DNA of 64,000 bases from Octopus vulgaris (Eukaryota). The notes under the pieces are model-generated. The model had not been told where the DNA came from, did no database searches, and was given only the letters and a program-made list of their open reading frames with translations. The first letter of the stretch is position 1. Each line of letters starts with the position of its first letter. The translations under genes were made by a program, and so were the position numbers. The DNA lies in contig OX597826.1 of assembly GCA_951406725.2 (NCBI GenBank), forward strand, positions 11,532,001 through 11,596,000. Direction: 5' to 3'. Positions 28,872-42,763 of the stretch are shown here, in pieces.

Positions 28872-30138
28872 GGGTTGGACAAAATAATGGAAACACCTTA
28901 AAATTTCAAAAAACTTATTTTAATACGGGGTAGGACCGCCTTTGGCTGTAATTACAGCTTGAATTCTACGAGGTATGGACTCGTACAAAGTTTGAATTGT
29001 TTTCAAAGAATTTTTTGTCCATTCTTCAGCTAAAACAGTCTCCAGTTCTTGTAGTGATGATGATGGAGGATATCGACTCCTTATTTGTTTTTCTAAGATG
29101 CACCATAAATGTTCAATAATATTGAGACCTAGGGACTGTGGTGGCCAGATAAGATGTTCAACTTCACTAGAATGTTCCTCGTGCCATTCAGTAACAACTT
29201 AAGCTGTGTGAATTGGTGCATTATCATTCTAAAAGATTGTGTTTCCCTCCGGAAACAGTTCCGCAACCATAGGATGAATTTGATCAGATAAAATGCTTAA
29301 GTAGTCTTGACTGTTAATTTTGCCATGAAGGGAGACCATTGGGCCGGCGGATTTCCAAGATACAGCCCCATCCCTATACAGATCATCACAGATCCTCCTC
29401 CATGTTTAACAGTTGGAAGAAGGTAGCCTGGGTCAAATGCTTCTTTTGGCTGTCTCCACACGTATACTCGGCCAGTGGTCGGAAGCAAGGTAAAGAAGGA
29501 CTCGTCCGAGAAAATAACATTCTTCCACTGTTCTCAGGTTTTTACTCCACTCTAAACGCTTTGCTACGTTTGTTTTTGAAAGTAGTGGTTTTCTGATTGC
29601 AGCCCTCCCGTGAAATTCGGCTTTGTGCGGCTCCCGGCGAACAGTTTTTGTTGAAACTGAGTTCTCGAGGTTGTCATTAAGCTCTGCAGTAATTGTGGGA
29701 GGTGTATTTTTGTGATTCTTTCTAAGAATCCGCATAAGAGTCCGACGGTCACTATCAGAAATTTTTGATTTTCTGCCAGAGTTTTGTTTCGACGAGGAGT
29801 TTTTACCCACTTTCTCAAAGGCTGTCATTACTTTCGAGACAGTACTTCTTGATACACCAAACATTTTGGCTGTTTTCGTTACGGTAGCACCTGCCATACG
29901 AGCACCAACAATTCGACCTCATTGAAAGTCCGCTACCCGATACATCTGTCATTTTAATGAAGTTTAATTACCTTTTTCTGATGATATCTGAAAGGAAAGA
30001 GAAGTTTTAGCAAAACATATTAAGCAACACTAATTATAAATCAAAGACCATAAAGATAAACAAGGTTTTGACGGTTTTATAGATATTTCAAAATTATGAT
30101 GCTAATGATGCTAGGTGTTTCCATTAATTTGTCCAACC

Positions 30139-30142
<4 letters not shown>
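28869..30142 (-). mobile_element. Full-length decayed Tc1-family DNA transposon
   Basis: ~28-bp TIRs (caggggttggacaaaataatggaaacacct / aggtgtttccattaatttgtccaacccc) in (TA)n. Transposase fragments: GARMAGATVTKTAKMFGVSRSTVSK, RKPLLS, TVKHGGGSVM, DNAPIHTA, WPPQSxxLNIIEHLW. Confidence 0.95.
28930..29952 (-). pseudogene. Tc1 transposase pseudogene (frameshifts and stops)
   Basis: Motifs are split across ORFs 29433-29897 and 29297-29488, with a stop codon next to the NDNAPIH motif. Confidence 0.9.
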
Positions 30143-30212
<70 letters not shown>

Positions 30213-30214
30213 CA

Positions 30215-30555
30215 AGTGCGTGGCTGTGTGGTTTCTTCCTAACCACATTGTTCCAGGTTCAGACCCACTGCGTGGGACCTTGGGCAGGTGTCTTGTACTA
30301 TTGCCTCGGGCCGACCAAAGCCTTGTGAGAGAATTTGGTACATGGAAACTGAAAGAAGCCCGTCGTCCCATCACTACTTGACAACCAGTGTTGATATATT
30401 TACGTACCCGTAATTTTTCGGTTCGCCTATATAGAACGATAGAATAGATACTAGGCTTTTAAAAAATTAACCCTGCGGTCGATTTGTTCGACCAAAACCC
30501 CTCAAGACGGCGCTCCAGCATGGCCGTAGTGAAATGACTGAAACAAGTAAAATAA
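30215..30555 (+). mobile_element. CORE-type SINE
   Basis: Family match; lacks the internal microsatellite. Confidence 0.8.
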
Positions 30556-31638
30556 TGTATGTATGTATCTATTTATCTATCTACCTATCTAAAGAAAGAG
30601 TCGATAAATTTAAGCATATATTAATGGATAAATATAGATATACCGCATCTATGTATTTATTCCTATTTTGGAAGCATGAGTATTTTTCCTTTGGTGAATC
30701 ACCCACACAGCACGATATCCTTTACCTTCAATGATAGAATCTACGTTATCCCAATACATTATTAAATATGTTGCTGTATCTATCAGATGTATTGATTATA
30801 TCACCTCTCACATCAGCACTATCGAACTGGCTAATCCTGCTTTCCCGAATTTAGTTATTGGTCTGCTTCTAAGCTGGGGAAGAGCCTTCAAGAGTTTAGT
30901 CGATCAAATCGGCTTCATTGTATAGGGCACAAACACTAAAACATGCACATACGCACGTACACACACGCGAGCATTCACACATGCAAATACGCACACATAA
31001 ACCCCACGGGCACACAGCTGCACTCTCAAATGTACATACAACGGCTTCCACACAGTTTCCATGTGTTAAATGCACTCACTTGGCATCAGTCAACCTTGGC
31101 TATAACTTTTGCAGAAAATACTTGCCTAAGACACCGCGCAATGAAACTGAACCTGAAATTTCTAAGATTTCGTAAGAATTAGCTTTTGTGTTATTTTAAT
31201 CAAGTAAAGTGGTGTACATGTATACCTTATCGACTTTCTAAGTTCATAAATAGTTTCCTGTTCTACGCCTGGTGAATTAAAGCCATCACGTATCATATCT
31301 TAATTCATTGTTGTATTAGATAGATTCATTGCAGAAGTGATTTTTCGCTCACTGATTCAGTAGAAACGGATCTTCTCTTATCATGCAGCTAATGGTATGT
31401 ACATGGTATTGAAGAACTACAATGAAACAGAAATGCACATTTAGAATTGTCACAATTATTCCTCGAAAACTTTCGTCTTCTATCGATATGCTTGTGTTTT
31501 AAACACGGTACCATTATAAGAGATCTTTTATCCTGACAAATACTGCTTTAATTTCCCTTTTCGAGACGTATCTTCATTTAGTATGAGATATAGATAGTAA
31601 TTGTAATGTAATACTGCTTCTGTTGTACACTATGGATG

Positions 31639-31681
<43 letters not shown>

Positions 31682-31697
31682 TTGTGTGTGTGTATGT

Positions 31698-31747
<50 letters not shown>

Positions 31748-31938
31748 ATGTGTGTGTGTGCGTGTGTGTGTGTGCGTGTATGCATGTATGCGTTTGATGG
31801 GAAAGAGAGTTTGTTACATTTGGGTATTTCTCCAGGATATTTCAGGTACAATTTGTGAGTAATAGACATGATCTATAAGGTAATCCTAGGTTCGGTCACA
31901 ATGCCAATGCATCGCATCTTCGGTGTCTTTTTACTGTA

Positions 31939-32911
31939 TGTAGCAATATCGTTCTCTCATTGCTATCTTCACTGTTTGAGAAGAGTAAAAAGAATGATCT
32001 CGTTTGAGATAACAAACATCTTTGGCTGGTTTGACGCTGTTGTAAACACTAAGCTGATTGGTTGGCAGTTGACACGTGGTCTCTACATAGTCCGCGCCAC
32101 GTGACACGAATTGTCTCAACTTATTTTCGCGCCACTGTCGCTAAACAGCCAATCACAGCCTTGGATTAAGTTCCCATTTCTGAGGTTCGTTTGAGCCAGC
32201 CAAACAATATAAAAAGGAGAGCTTTCAGACACTTTTCGTCTGTCGGCTTAAGACCTTCTAAGGTCTTGGTCGGAGACCATATAACCAGACATAACGGCAT
32301 CACCAGCTCCATCGCTACCTACGAAGATTTAGCTCGTACATAAGATGGCTACAAAACCAACTCATACTGTTTGTGTGAAAACCACACCACGGAAAAACAG
32401 TTTGCAGGAATCTATATCAAGAGGAACAAAAACCAAGCAAACATCGTCCCTAGCTACGAAGTTTTAAATAGTACACAAGACTATCACAGATTCAACTATA
32501 GTGGTTAGGTGAAATCTCACCACGGAAAAAACGGCTACAGTTAACACATCTTGATATGAAACTCTTACACCTCGTGTACCTCATAAACAGTAAATCAATT
32601 ACCTGTCTTTAGTTCTAGCAATATCGTTCTCTCATTGCTATCTTCACTGTTTGAGAAGAGTAAAAGAATGATCTCGTTTGAGATAACAAACATCTTTGGC
32701 TGGTTTGACGCTGTTGTAAACACTAAGCTGATTGGTTGGCAGTTGACACGTGGTCTCTACATAGTCCGCGCCACGTGACAACTGCCAACCAATCAGCTTA
32801 GTGTTTACAACAGCGTCAAACCAGCCAAAGATGTTTGTTATCTCAAACGAGATCATTCTTTTTACTCTTCTCAAACAGTGAAGATAGCAATGAGAGAACA
32901 ATATTGCTACA
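31939..32911. mobile_element. Non-autonomous element with TGT...ACA termini, ~135-bp inverted arms and a 6-bp TSD
   Basis: actgta|tgtagcaatat...atattgctaca|actgta. Arm A at 31939-~32080, repeated at ~32616-32753 and inverted at ~32771-32911. Confidence 0.8.
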
Positions 32912-33084
32912 ACTGTAACCACAGTTCGACCAATAATTTTTGAGTGGAACCAGGTACACGGATACTGTGTGAAAGCTGCCTGATGAATTGGACTGATATT
33001 TCAAAGATTTAGTCAATACATTGAAATATGCTGATTCTATCAGAGGATTATGTTAAATCTAAACGTCTTTATGGAATAGTTTTT

Positions 33085-33383
33085 TGTTCCTTCTCGAGCC
33101 ATGCCTGTCTCATAAGGGCCACTTTCCCGGTTTCCTTGGCACATAGGTTCCCTACTTGGATGGGTCGCCGGGCCGTCACAAGTGAGCTGCAAGATGCAAG
33201 AGGAAAGAGTGAGAGAAAGTTGTGGCGAAAGAGTCAGCAGAAGTTCGCCATTACCTTCTGCCGGAGTCGCGTGGAGCTTAGGTGTTTCGCTCATAAACAC
33301 ACATATCGGCCAGTCTGAGATTCGAACCCTCGATTCCTCGACCGTGAGCCCGCTGCTCTAACCACTAGGCCATGTGCCTCCAC
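33085..33383 (-). mobile_element. OK-like SINE with a third tail type
   Basis: Shares the tRNA head and the agagtgagagaaagttgtgg body but has a different tail (a fragment of this tail also occurs at ~37340-37405). Confidence 0.7.
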
Positions 33384-33733
33384 CTATGGAGTACTCAGCC
33401 ACTGTGATTCAATGAGAAGTTAGTTCAGTTGATCGAATAACTGAATAATTATAATCGAAAACAACGCAGATCTATTACTTGGTACCTTTACTCTAAGCTA
33501 GTCTGGTCTAGTTCGAATTTACGTTGCTCATCTAATCAAAGTAGTGACACAGCTATTTTCCACATAAAATTATTGTAAATTACATATTTTTACATTGATA
33601 TGAAATCTGATTCATTGAAATGGGATGGGAAGATATGAAGTGCGCTCTCATCCAGCAAATAAGAAACGGAAGTGGAATGGTTCCAACTCAGAAGCAGGGT
33701 AAACAATGTCGCAGTTCAATGTCATATTTAGAG

Positions 33734-33924
33734 TAGCGGTTCTCAGCCGCTCCCTCAGGGCCGCATATGGTCTTCAAATCCTTCCGGTGGTCCTCGGCGG
33801 TGTTTCCTCTATAAATATAAGAAAATTTTCTTTAATTGACTTGTGTTTTACTCTTGTTGGTGCGGTCCTCTAAAAAATTCCGATTCTGGATCTGGCCCGG
33901 ATACTAAGAAGGTTGGAAACACTG
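33734..33924. mobile_element. hAT (Charlie-like) MITE
   Basis: TIRs tagcggttctcagcc / ggttggaaacactg; 8-bp TSD atttagag / atctagag. Confidence 0.7.
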
Positions 33925-35564
33925 ATCTAGAGAATTTCCTACGTATTGTGATAAAGACAAAGGCTTTGTGATGGCCTTTATCGGTATGAATCGAAAACCT
34001 TCAAATGAGTTAAGAAAATTATCTCTGCTTTCATTGATTGCCCCTTAATTACTTAACTATAAATATCATTACACTAGTCACATGACCATAAATTTATAGC
34101 GTGGAATATACTGAAATTCGTTGCTTTGAGATTCTCACCGAAGCCAATGAAGTATATTGTGTTTTACTTGGAATCGAAACAGGGATTATAACATTACTTG
34201 CGATTTACATTACGGTTTACATTACGACATTCACCAATGGTTTCTAACTACTGAGGCCACAGAAGTTTACAAAGCAATAATTTGAACTTATACTTGTATT
34301 AACGACTAGAACGGGTGTGGAAGGGACAACTCTCTCAGAGCCATTTAACACTGCTTGTGCTATATCAAAGGCACGGATATTGGTTATTTAATCGATATGT
34401 ATTATATTGCTGTTATTATTTTATGGCTAAGGAATTATAAAGGCACATTCGTTTCTGGCAGGATTTTAACTCAGAGCAATGAGGCAAGGAATATCTTATG
34501 ATAAAGCATCTGGATTAAGACATATCTAAATAATATAATGACTCACTATACCACAAGTGTTATTTAACTAATATGTCAGCTAAGTCGATTATGTCAAAAG
34601 TTATTCTGACAAAAAGATCACAACTAAATCTATCAAACAACTCGCTCGCTTATAGCCCAACTTCCTTCATCAACCGAATAAAACGAAATTATTGCACACA
34701 GCGGGGACACTTAATGTCAATATCTCTATCGATTCCATCATTCAATTACATTTCAATGAGAATGGCTTCATCTCCTCGTAAGTCAAAAACGAAGACCTTT
34801 AATCGTGAAATAGAATCTCGCCAGATGTCGACAACGATTTTCTCGACCACAATCACGATACTGTCTCTCTTAGAATTAAAAATCACCTACCAATCATTAT
34901 TGCAATATCGATTTACCCGATTCTCTTCCCATTATGCAATGAGAAGTGATATATTGTTAAAGCAAAGTTTCAGAATAGCCATCAGGAGTGGATTTATCTA
35001 CCTTATAGATTCCCTCAATATTAAACCAATGGGAAGTGATATGTTATTACTAAATGCGCCCCTGCCACCCCATCAAAAAAGGGGGAAAAAAGCGGGGATT
35101 AAGGAGGAATGAAACACGTTATATTCAGATTACTACAGTGAAACAACCAGCAGGAACTGAGATACTGTATGACTATATAACTAAATATTCCATTATAACA
35201 ACAATAATGAAATAATTTTTATAGGTTTTCAAAGTGAAAATAAATACGTAGTAATAATTACATGGCTTACATCATATAAAATTAATTGCTTGTGTATACA
35301 GTCATACAAAGAATTAATTAATAACTTCGCGTGTTGTTTTTGCATTATATAACAACTGTGCAGATATTTTGTCAGGTATGTATAACCGGGATGAAAATAC
35401 TAGACATCCATGTATTATTTACAATCAGTGGATGTTGATTGAAGTTGATAAAATCAAATTTAATTGAAACCATATCCCTGACATTGTCAGACAGACGTTC
35501 TAATTAGCCTGAAATTTTAACTATCGAATTACTTTTTAGTGGAACTGAATGTTTTCATATTTCG

Positions 35565-35772
35565 TTTTTGGATTTGGTTTGCAAGATTCTTTATATGAGT
35601 TCGTGTGTTGAAGCATATTCTGTTGTGTCTGGAGAGAGTCATTTTCTTTTTGTGCCTTATAGTTTAACATACAAGTAAAATTTCCACTTTTTTCTTATTT
35701 TTATTTTTCTAAAGTTTTCGTTACGTCTTGCAACCTTTTCAATAGTTTTGACTCTGTCCATTATTTACACTG
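35565..35772. repeat. Dispersed ~200-bp repeat, copy 1
   Basis: High similarity to 63775-63980. Confidence 0.8.
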
Positions 35773-36041
35773 TGTTCCCTTTTGTTTGTTTGTGCGCATG
35801 TGTGTGGGTCAGTGTGTGTGTGTGTGTGCCTATGCATGCATGTACGTATGTATGTGTGTATGTGTGTATGTATGCGCGCATATGTATATATGTGTATGTA
35901 TGCATATGTATATATGTATGTATGTGTGTGCATCTGTATTTATGTATTCTTCATATTCATGTGCTTGCATGACCGTGTTTGTGTATTTTCTATGTATGTG
36001 TGTGTGAGCGTGTGTTTGTATATGTATGTACCTCTGTCTCC

Positions 36042-36090
<49 letters not shown>

Positions 36091-37429
36091 GCAACTATGT
36101 ACCATGTTTGTATGTATGGATGTGCATCTCTATATGTGTGGACCCGTGTCTCCATATGTGTCCTTGTGTGAAATAAAGTGCGTGTGTATATATGGTCATG
36201 TGTTTCAGCATTATGCAACTTCTAATTATTGTTACATTCACTCATCAGAGTTCCAGCATAATCAATGAAGCAATGTTACAATAAAGACCAATTAAATTCC
36301 AATAATCCTTTCTACTAAAGGCACAAGGCCTGAAATTTTGAGGGAGGGTACCAGTCAATTACATCAAATTATCGACCCCAAAAGGATGAAAGGCAAAGTC
36401 GACTTCAGGTGGCCCTTTGAATTAAAACTATACCTCAATTTTGCTAGCTGAAAATGCTCTTTGAAAATGATTTATTATCTCAACTTCTAAATTACCCTCT
36501 ACTAGAACAAAATATTAATTCTTTATGTCTTGTTCAAACTATTCTGAATACATATTTCACCATTCTGCATATAAATCTGCAAAGAGAGACTTGACTCGGA
36601 GATAAACAATCAGCCAGTTAAGTAACCTGCCTAATTAAAACTGAGGGGACGTGGGGAGCCTCGAAGTGGTCATTTGTTTTATTGTAATCCGTAAACATGT
36701 AGGTTTCAAAACTAATTTAGTTGTAATTTGTAACCAGTAGCTCTCAAAACTCAACCCATGTCTTAAATGGGAGCAGATTCCGTACAAAACCTTAGGACGA
36801 CATTTTTGTCATGGTTCGGCAGTCTGTGATCATAGTTCTTATCAATAAGTGCTAAACTACCACCACCACAACTACCACGACCACCACCACTACCACTATC
36901 ATCATCATTATCACTACCATCATCATTATCTCTACCATCATCAAAGACGAGGACGACGATGAAGATTGACAACAACAACAACAACACGTAAAGACTTCCT
37001 CGTAGAATCTTAGAATCGTAATGACAACCAACTGTAAACTGGAGATCGATTGAGCAGCAGTCAAATACATTAAAACTTCTTGTTCATCACTGGGACCTGA
37101 GGTTTGTCGAACATCTGAATTTTCTGGATTTGTGATTTCTCATTTAAGTAAAGAACAAATTTTATTAACCTAATCGAAGACGTATACTGTAAATACAGTG
37201 AAATAAAATACTATACTGTACTTTTGAAAATCGACGATCCATTTTAGATTCAGTGGAAACCTTCTATTAATAACAATTAATTAGTTAACACAAATCAGCA
37301 CAAAATCTCTAAACTCTAATTTTATTTATTTATGCACCCTTTTCAAACCTAGCCAGGCTCATGGTCTCGGTTTCCTGGTTTCTATGGCGTATGTGTTCAC
37401 CCCAGCTGTCTCTTTTTGACTTAGGGAAC

Positions 37430-37900
37430 CTAGTCAAAAGCTCTGCCAAAGTTTCCAGATGTTATAAAATGTTTTAGATTCTGATCTTTAATAAGTTCTC
37501 GTATTCCAATATTTTGCGATAAGGTTGATCTTCCCGGAAGAAAGCAATTATTGTTGAATCATAGTATCGGTTCTATATGGAAGCGTATTCATAAAAGCAA
37601 CATTTTATCGTATATTTTAGCTGCAGTAACCGATAAACTAATGTCTCGTTGACATGTCGAAGATGTTTCTTGGGGTTGGGACTAAACTATTTTCTCCCCA
37701 AATATCAGGTTTGTCTTGCTGAGATTTTATACTCTTCCAGTATATCAACACAAGAATGCTTTTATTTTCCATTTGTATAACGTCGAGGCCTGGTGCCTTG
37801 CTATTTGAAAAGGATTCGATATAATTCTTAGGGTCTTTTTTGGTAAAATCATTGGTATCTATAACCAATCTTTCTTTTAGAACATTAACGCTAGTTTGGC
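37430..37900 (-). mobile_element. Decayed LINE reverse-transcriptase fragment (RTE/CR1-like)
   Basis: Fragments NSKAPGLD, W..LVP, FLPGRSTLSQ and FGRAFD occur in the expected order, with stops and frameshifts. Confidence 0.7.
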
Positions 37901-38032
37901 CGATGATGTCCCAGAAGATGTTTTAGTTCTATCATACTTATATTCAGACTAATTTTCCCTTTCTATCTATTATTTCATTCATAGTTGACCGTGACAGAGA
38001 AAGTTATTGGATTTTCTCAAGAATTTTGGACT

Positions 38033-38457
38033 CTTTTACTTGTTTCAGCTATTTGATTACGGTCATGCTGGGGCACCACTTTTAGTCGAATAAAATCGAC
38101 TCCAGGACTAATTCTTTGTAAGAGACCGATAGAATAAGTACTATACTTATTTTATCGGTCTCTTTTGGCCGAACCGCTAAGTGACGGGGACGAAGACACA
38201 CCAGCATCGATTGTCAAGCGATGGTGGGCGGACAAACACAGACACAAACAACAAACACACACACACACACATATATATATACACATATATACGATGGGCT
38301 TCTTTCAGTTTCCATCTACCAATTCCACTCACAAGGCTTTGGTCGACCCGAGGCTATAGCAGAAGACACTTACCCAAGGTGCCACGCAGGAGGACTGAAC
38401 CCGGAACCATGTGGTTGGGAAGCAAGCTTCTTACCACACAGCCACTCCTGTGCCTAT
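38033..38457 (-). mobile_element. CORE-type SINE
   Basis: Family match. Confidence 0.85.
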
Positions 38458-38936
38458 ATATATTCTGAAGATAAACTTCAAGTTCTAGGTCTCATCGCGA
38501 TGTTCCACATTTTGCAATGTTGCTGTGTCTCATGAATTTACTTATTTTAAAGGCATAGCTTTATATATTTATTTATCTATTTCAGTTCTCTTTTCTTAAC
38601 TGTATCCTTGCTTTCTCCAGGGATAAGATGACATGTTCTTCCTGCTTTTTAAACATTTCCACCATACTTTCCTCTTCGTTTATGATGTTACTGGAAATGG
38701 AATTATCATTTTTGACATCAACCGAATATAAATTTCTCCCTAATGCATAGCTGGTAAGATTCGTCCAGTTATGATGTATTATGTTTTTATTAGCATTCAA
38801 GCTCACCCTTTCCAATATATTCACACACACACTCATATATACATGCACATACATGTATATATATATGCATGCATATATATATATATGTATATAAAATATA
38901 TATATATATATATGTATATATATATTTATGTGTGTG

Positions 38937-38982
<46 letters not shown>

Positions 38983-39255
38983 ATAATAATATAAATAATA
39001 TATAAATATATGCATATATACATACATATATGTACATACCTACATATATATGTATATATTCGTGCATATATGGGTACAGGACATAAAAAATCTCTGAACA
39101 CAATGAGAAACGAAAACATTAAAACAAAAACATAGAAAACGAAAAAAAGCAAACAGAGAAACGAGACATGCAGAATAAAGAATATTCCCCTTCATAAGTC
39201 GTCCCAGTTCCATCTACTCCGCGTATCGAAGGCATATCTATATATATATATAGAA

Positions 39256-39890
39256 AGTGCGAGGAATATTAATGCAGTATATGGATATCGGACAATAAGC
39301 GTAAGCCAGTGTCAATGGTGGTTCCAGATATTCCGAGCCGGTAACTACAGCCCAGAAGACGAGCTTCGTCCTGGAAGATCTGTAGAGCTTGACGAGGACG
39401 TCCTGCACACCCTGGTGGAACAAAATCCCACCGCAACCGTTGAAGAACTAGCAGAGAACCTTAGATTTGGTCATTCAACCATTCATCGACACCTGCGCTA
39501 GATGAAAAACGACTATCTTTGATTTCAAGACGAAAGGTGTTCTTCCATCAGGATAATGCTTAGCCACATACAGCGAGGATGACATTCCAAAGGTTGGAGC
39601 AGTTTGAATGGGAAACAATGCCCCACCCACCATATTCGCCGGACATTGCCCCATCTGATTATCATTTATTCCGCAGTAGTCTTCAAAATCATTTGGACGG
39701 AAAAAATATGAATTCTGTAGACGAGACCAGAACAATACTGGAGGAGTATTTTTCATCACGGACAAGTGAATTTTGGAAGAGGGGTCTTGCAAGTCTAGCA
39801 GATAGGTGGAAGAACATTTAAAAAAATGAAGGAGAGTATATTTTTGAAGAACTTTGTTTATCTTACTTTTGAAAAATAAAAGCAGTATAA
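39256..39890 (+). mobile_element. Internally deleted mariner transposon remnant
   Basis: Translates WFQIFRAGNYSPEDELRPGR...EELAENL...STIHRHL, jumps to FHQDNA*PH, then HPPYSPDIAPSDYHLFRS. Confidence 0.9.
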
Positions 39891-40071
39891 AATTGGCAAA
39901 TAAACTTTACTATCCAGTTACTACATAGATCTCAATCAGACATTTCAAACTAGTTGTTTTTCTCCTTATATATATATACACACGCGCTCACGTACATACA
40001 CACACACATGCACGCGCGCACACACACGGACATGCACACATATATGTATATTTACATATATGTGTATATGC

Positions 40072-40128
<57 letters not shown>

Positions 40129-40230
40129 CATATATATGTATATATATATATATGTGTGTATATATATAGACAGATAGATAGATATATGTATGTATGTATA
40201 TATATATATATACACATAATACATACATAC

Positions 40231-40305
<75 letters not shown>

Positions 40306-40410
40306 CATAGATATTTTTGTGCGTCATTTTGCATAAAAATGCAGTCGAACATTCACTGAAGACTCAATATATTTAAATAGCATCTCATAATTTATTTCCA
40401 CGGATAAAAG

Positions 40411-40448
40411 TTTGATAGTGACTTCGAAGCTTCGAAGTCACTATCAAA
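40411..40448. repeat. Perfect 38-bp palindrome
   Basis: tttgatagtgacttcgaag|cttcgaagtcactatcaaa. Confidence 0.95.
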
Positions 40449-40879
40449 ACTAGTTACCCCCTTTTCTCTGTATATATACCACACATAGATGTAGACCCTC
40501 CACCTACACACTCACACACATTTGATGAAGAGACCACTGCAGTGAAGTGAAGCTGCGAAACAGTCTAAGGCCTTTATCTCCTATCTGTTGTAGTTGTATC
40601 ACAATCCATTCGTTTGTCAATGTGCTTGCAACAGCTGCGCAGTATCATATATTGTGCATCGATTTATTTACTGCCGATTAATGTAAATTCTCTAATAAAA
40701 GTAAAGAAATGAAATGTCAACTTTGTTGGAAGATACTTTAATTTAGCATAAATGCACGCTGCAATTCGTTAAATCCCGATTTGAATGCATGAGTTCATAC
40801 TAACCTATAATCTACCCGTCCAATCTGTATTTGTTATTACGTAGTTTTCATGTCAATCAAGATCTGCGCTGGCTGCCTA

Positions 40880-40991
40880 TAAGTAACGTGTATGTATGTA
40901 TGTATGTATGTATGTATGTATGTATGTATGCATGTATGTATGTATGTATGTATGTATGTATGTATGTATGTATGTATGTATACGTATCTTT

Positions 40992-41024
<33 letters not shown>

Positions 41025-41239
41025 AATTTATTTGTTTGTTTATCTCGCATGTAATTGTGCATGTTGATGAATATGTACATGCATATATATATGTGTGTGT
41101 CTGTGTATGTGTGTGGGCGTGTGTGTGTATGTTTGTATATATAAGCTTGTAAGCATATATACGCTTGCACATATTTAGATAATATATATGTAAATATGTA
41201 TAGACGTGTGTATATGTATGTTTATGTATTTATGTATGC

Positions 41240-41311
<72 letters not shown>

Positions 41312-41312
41312 A

Positions 41313-41353
<41 letters not shown>

Positions 41354-41373
41354 ATCTATCTATCTATTTGTCC

Positions 41374-41457
<84 letters not shown>

Positions 41458-42551
41458 CTTGTATGTGTATGCGCGCGCGTGTGTGTATGAACCTCTGTAT
41501 TTGTACACGTGTATGTGTGTGTATGTGCATATATGTGTATGTATACGAATTATTTGTGAGTGTCTCTGTGTGCGCATTACTGCATTAGTTATGCTTTTGC
41601 ACATGTACACACACATACACACACACGCAACCCCCCGCACACACACACACCAATATGTGCATCTGTGTTGTAAGTGTATGGGTGAGACTATTATGTGTGT
41701 GCATATATCTATGTATACGTATCTCTGCGCATGTATGTTTGCTTATGCATGCATGTGCGTGTGTGTGGCCGAGTGTACCTGTGTGCGGGTGCGTGTGTTT
41801 GTTGCATGTGTTGATGCATGTGCATGTATGAAAGCGTGTGTTGGTGTGCATGATTTAAATTGAAAAGGGTGGAGAAAGAGGAAAGAAGATACCACGGAAG
41901 GAGAAAGAGATTGAAAACGAAAGATAGATAGATAGATACAGGGAGAGAGAGGGGGGAGAAAGAAAGAGGGTAAAGAGAAGGACCGACAAAGGGGATTTGG
42001 GAGAAAGAGAGAGACAGAATCCTTTGAGAGAAAGTTCTTTGAAGAAGCAGATAAAGAACATAGAGCAATTAATGGTTAAGACATTTTGTGAGATGGTGTG
42101 AATGTGAATGTGTGAATGATAGAGGGAGACGGAGAAGAAGAGATATGTACTGAAAGAGAAAGAGAGAAAGGGAGAGACATTCAGAGATGGAGAGGAAGAG
42201 GGGGAAACAGAGTTAGACAGAGAGAAGTGGGAGGTAAGAAAAACTGAGAGAGAGAGAAATAGAAACTGGAACAGTGTGGAGAGATGGACTGGAAAAAAGT
42301 CATAGAAAAGGGAAATAAGAGAGAGAGAAACAGAGAGGGAGAGAGAGAGGGGGAGACAGAGGGGGAGAAAGAGACAAGGAGAGAGAGGGGGATATAGGAG
42401 AGGAGGGAGACAAGGAGAGGGAGGGGGATATAGGAGAGCGGGGGAGACAAGGAGGAGAGAAAATGCGCGTGCAGAAAATATAACGAGAAAGGAAGCCAAT
42501 ATGAAGAATATATATTTCTTGTGGATGCAGAAAGATATGAAGAAAATGGGA

Positions 42552-42600
<49 letters not shown>

Positions 42601-42706
42601 GTGAATAATTGTTAGCAGGCCATGACGATTATGTAATAGTCAATTACAAACACAGCTGCACCCACCACACCTACTCTCAGGGGCAGATATATGTGTTATG
42701 TACATG

Positions 42707-42763
<57 letters not shown>

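Noticed and set aside
39180-39235. Minus-strand permuted hammerhead-like words (cgatacgc...cttatgaagg)
   Set aside because: The core is mutated and no consistent stems form; probably a repeat relic.
40520-40570. ttgatgaa...gcag..ctgcgaaacagtc motif
   Set aside because: C3 is missing, spacing is wrong and there is no stem I.
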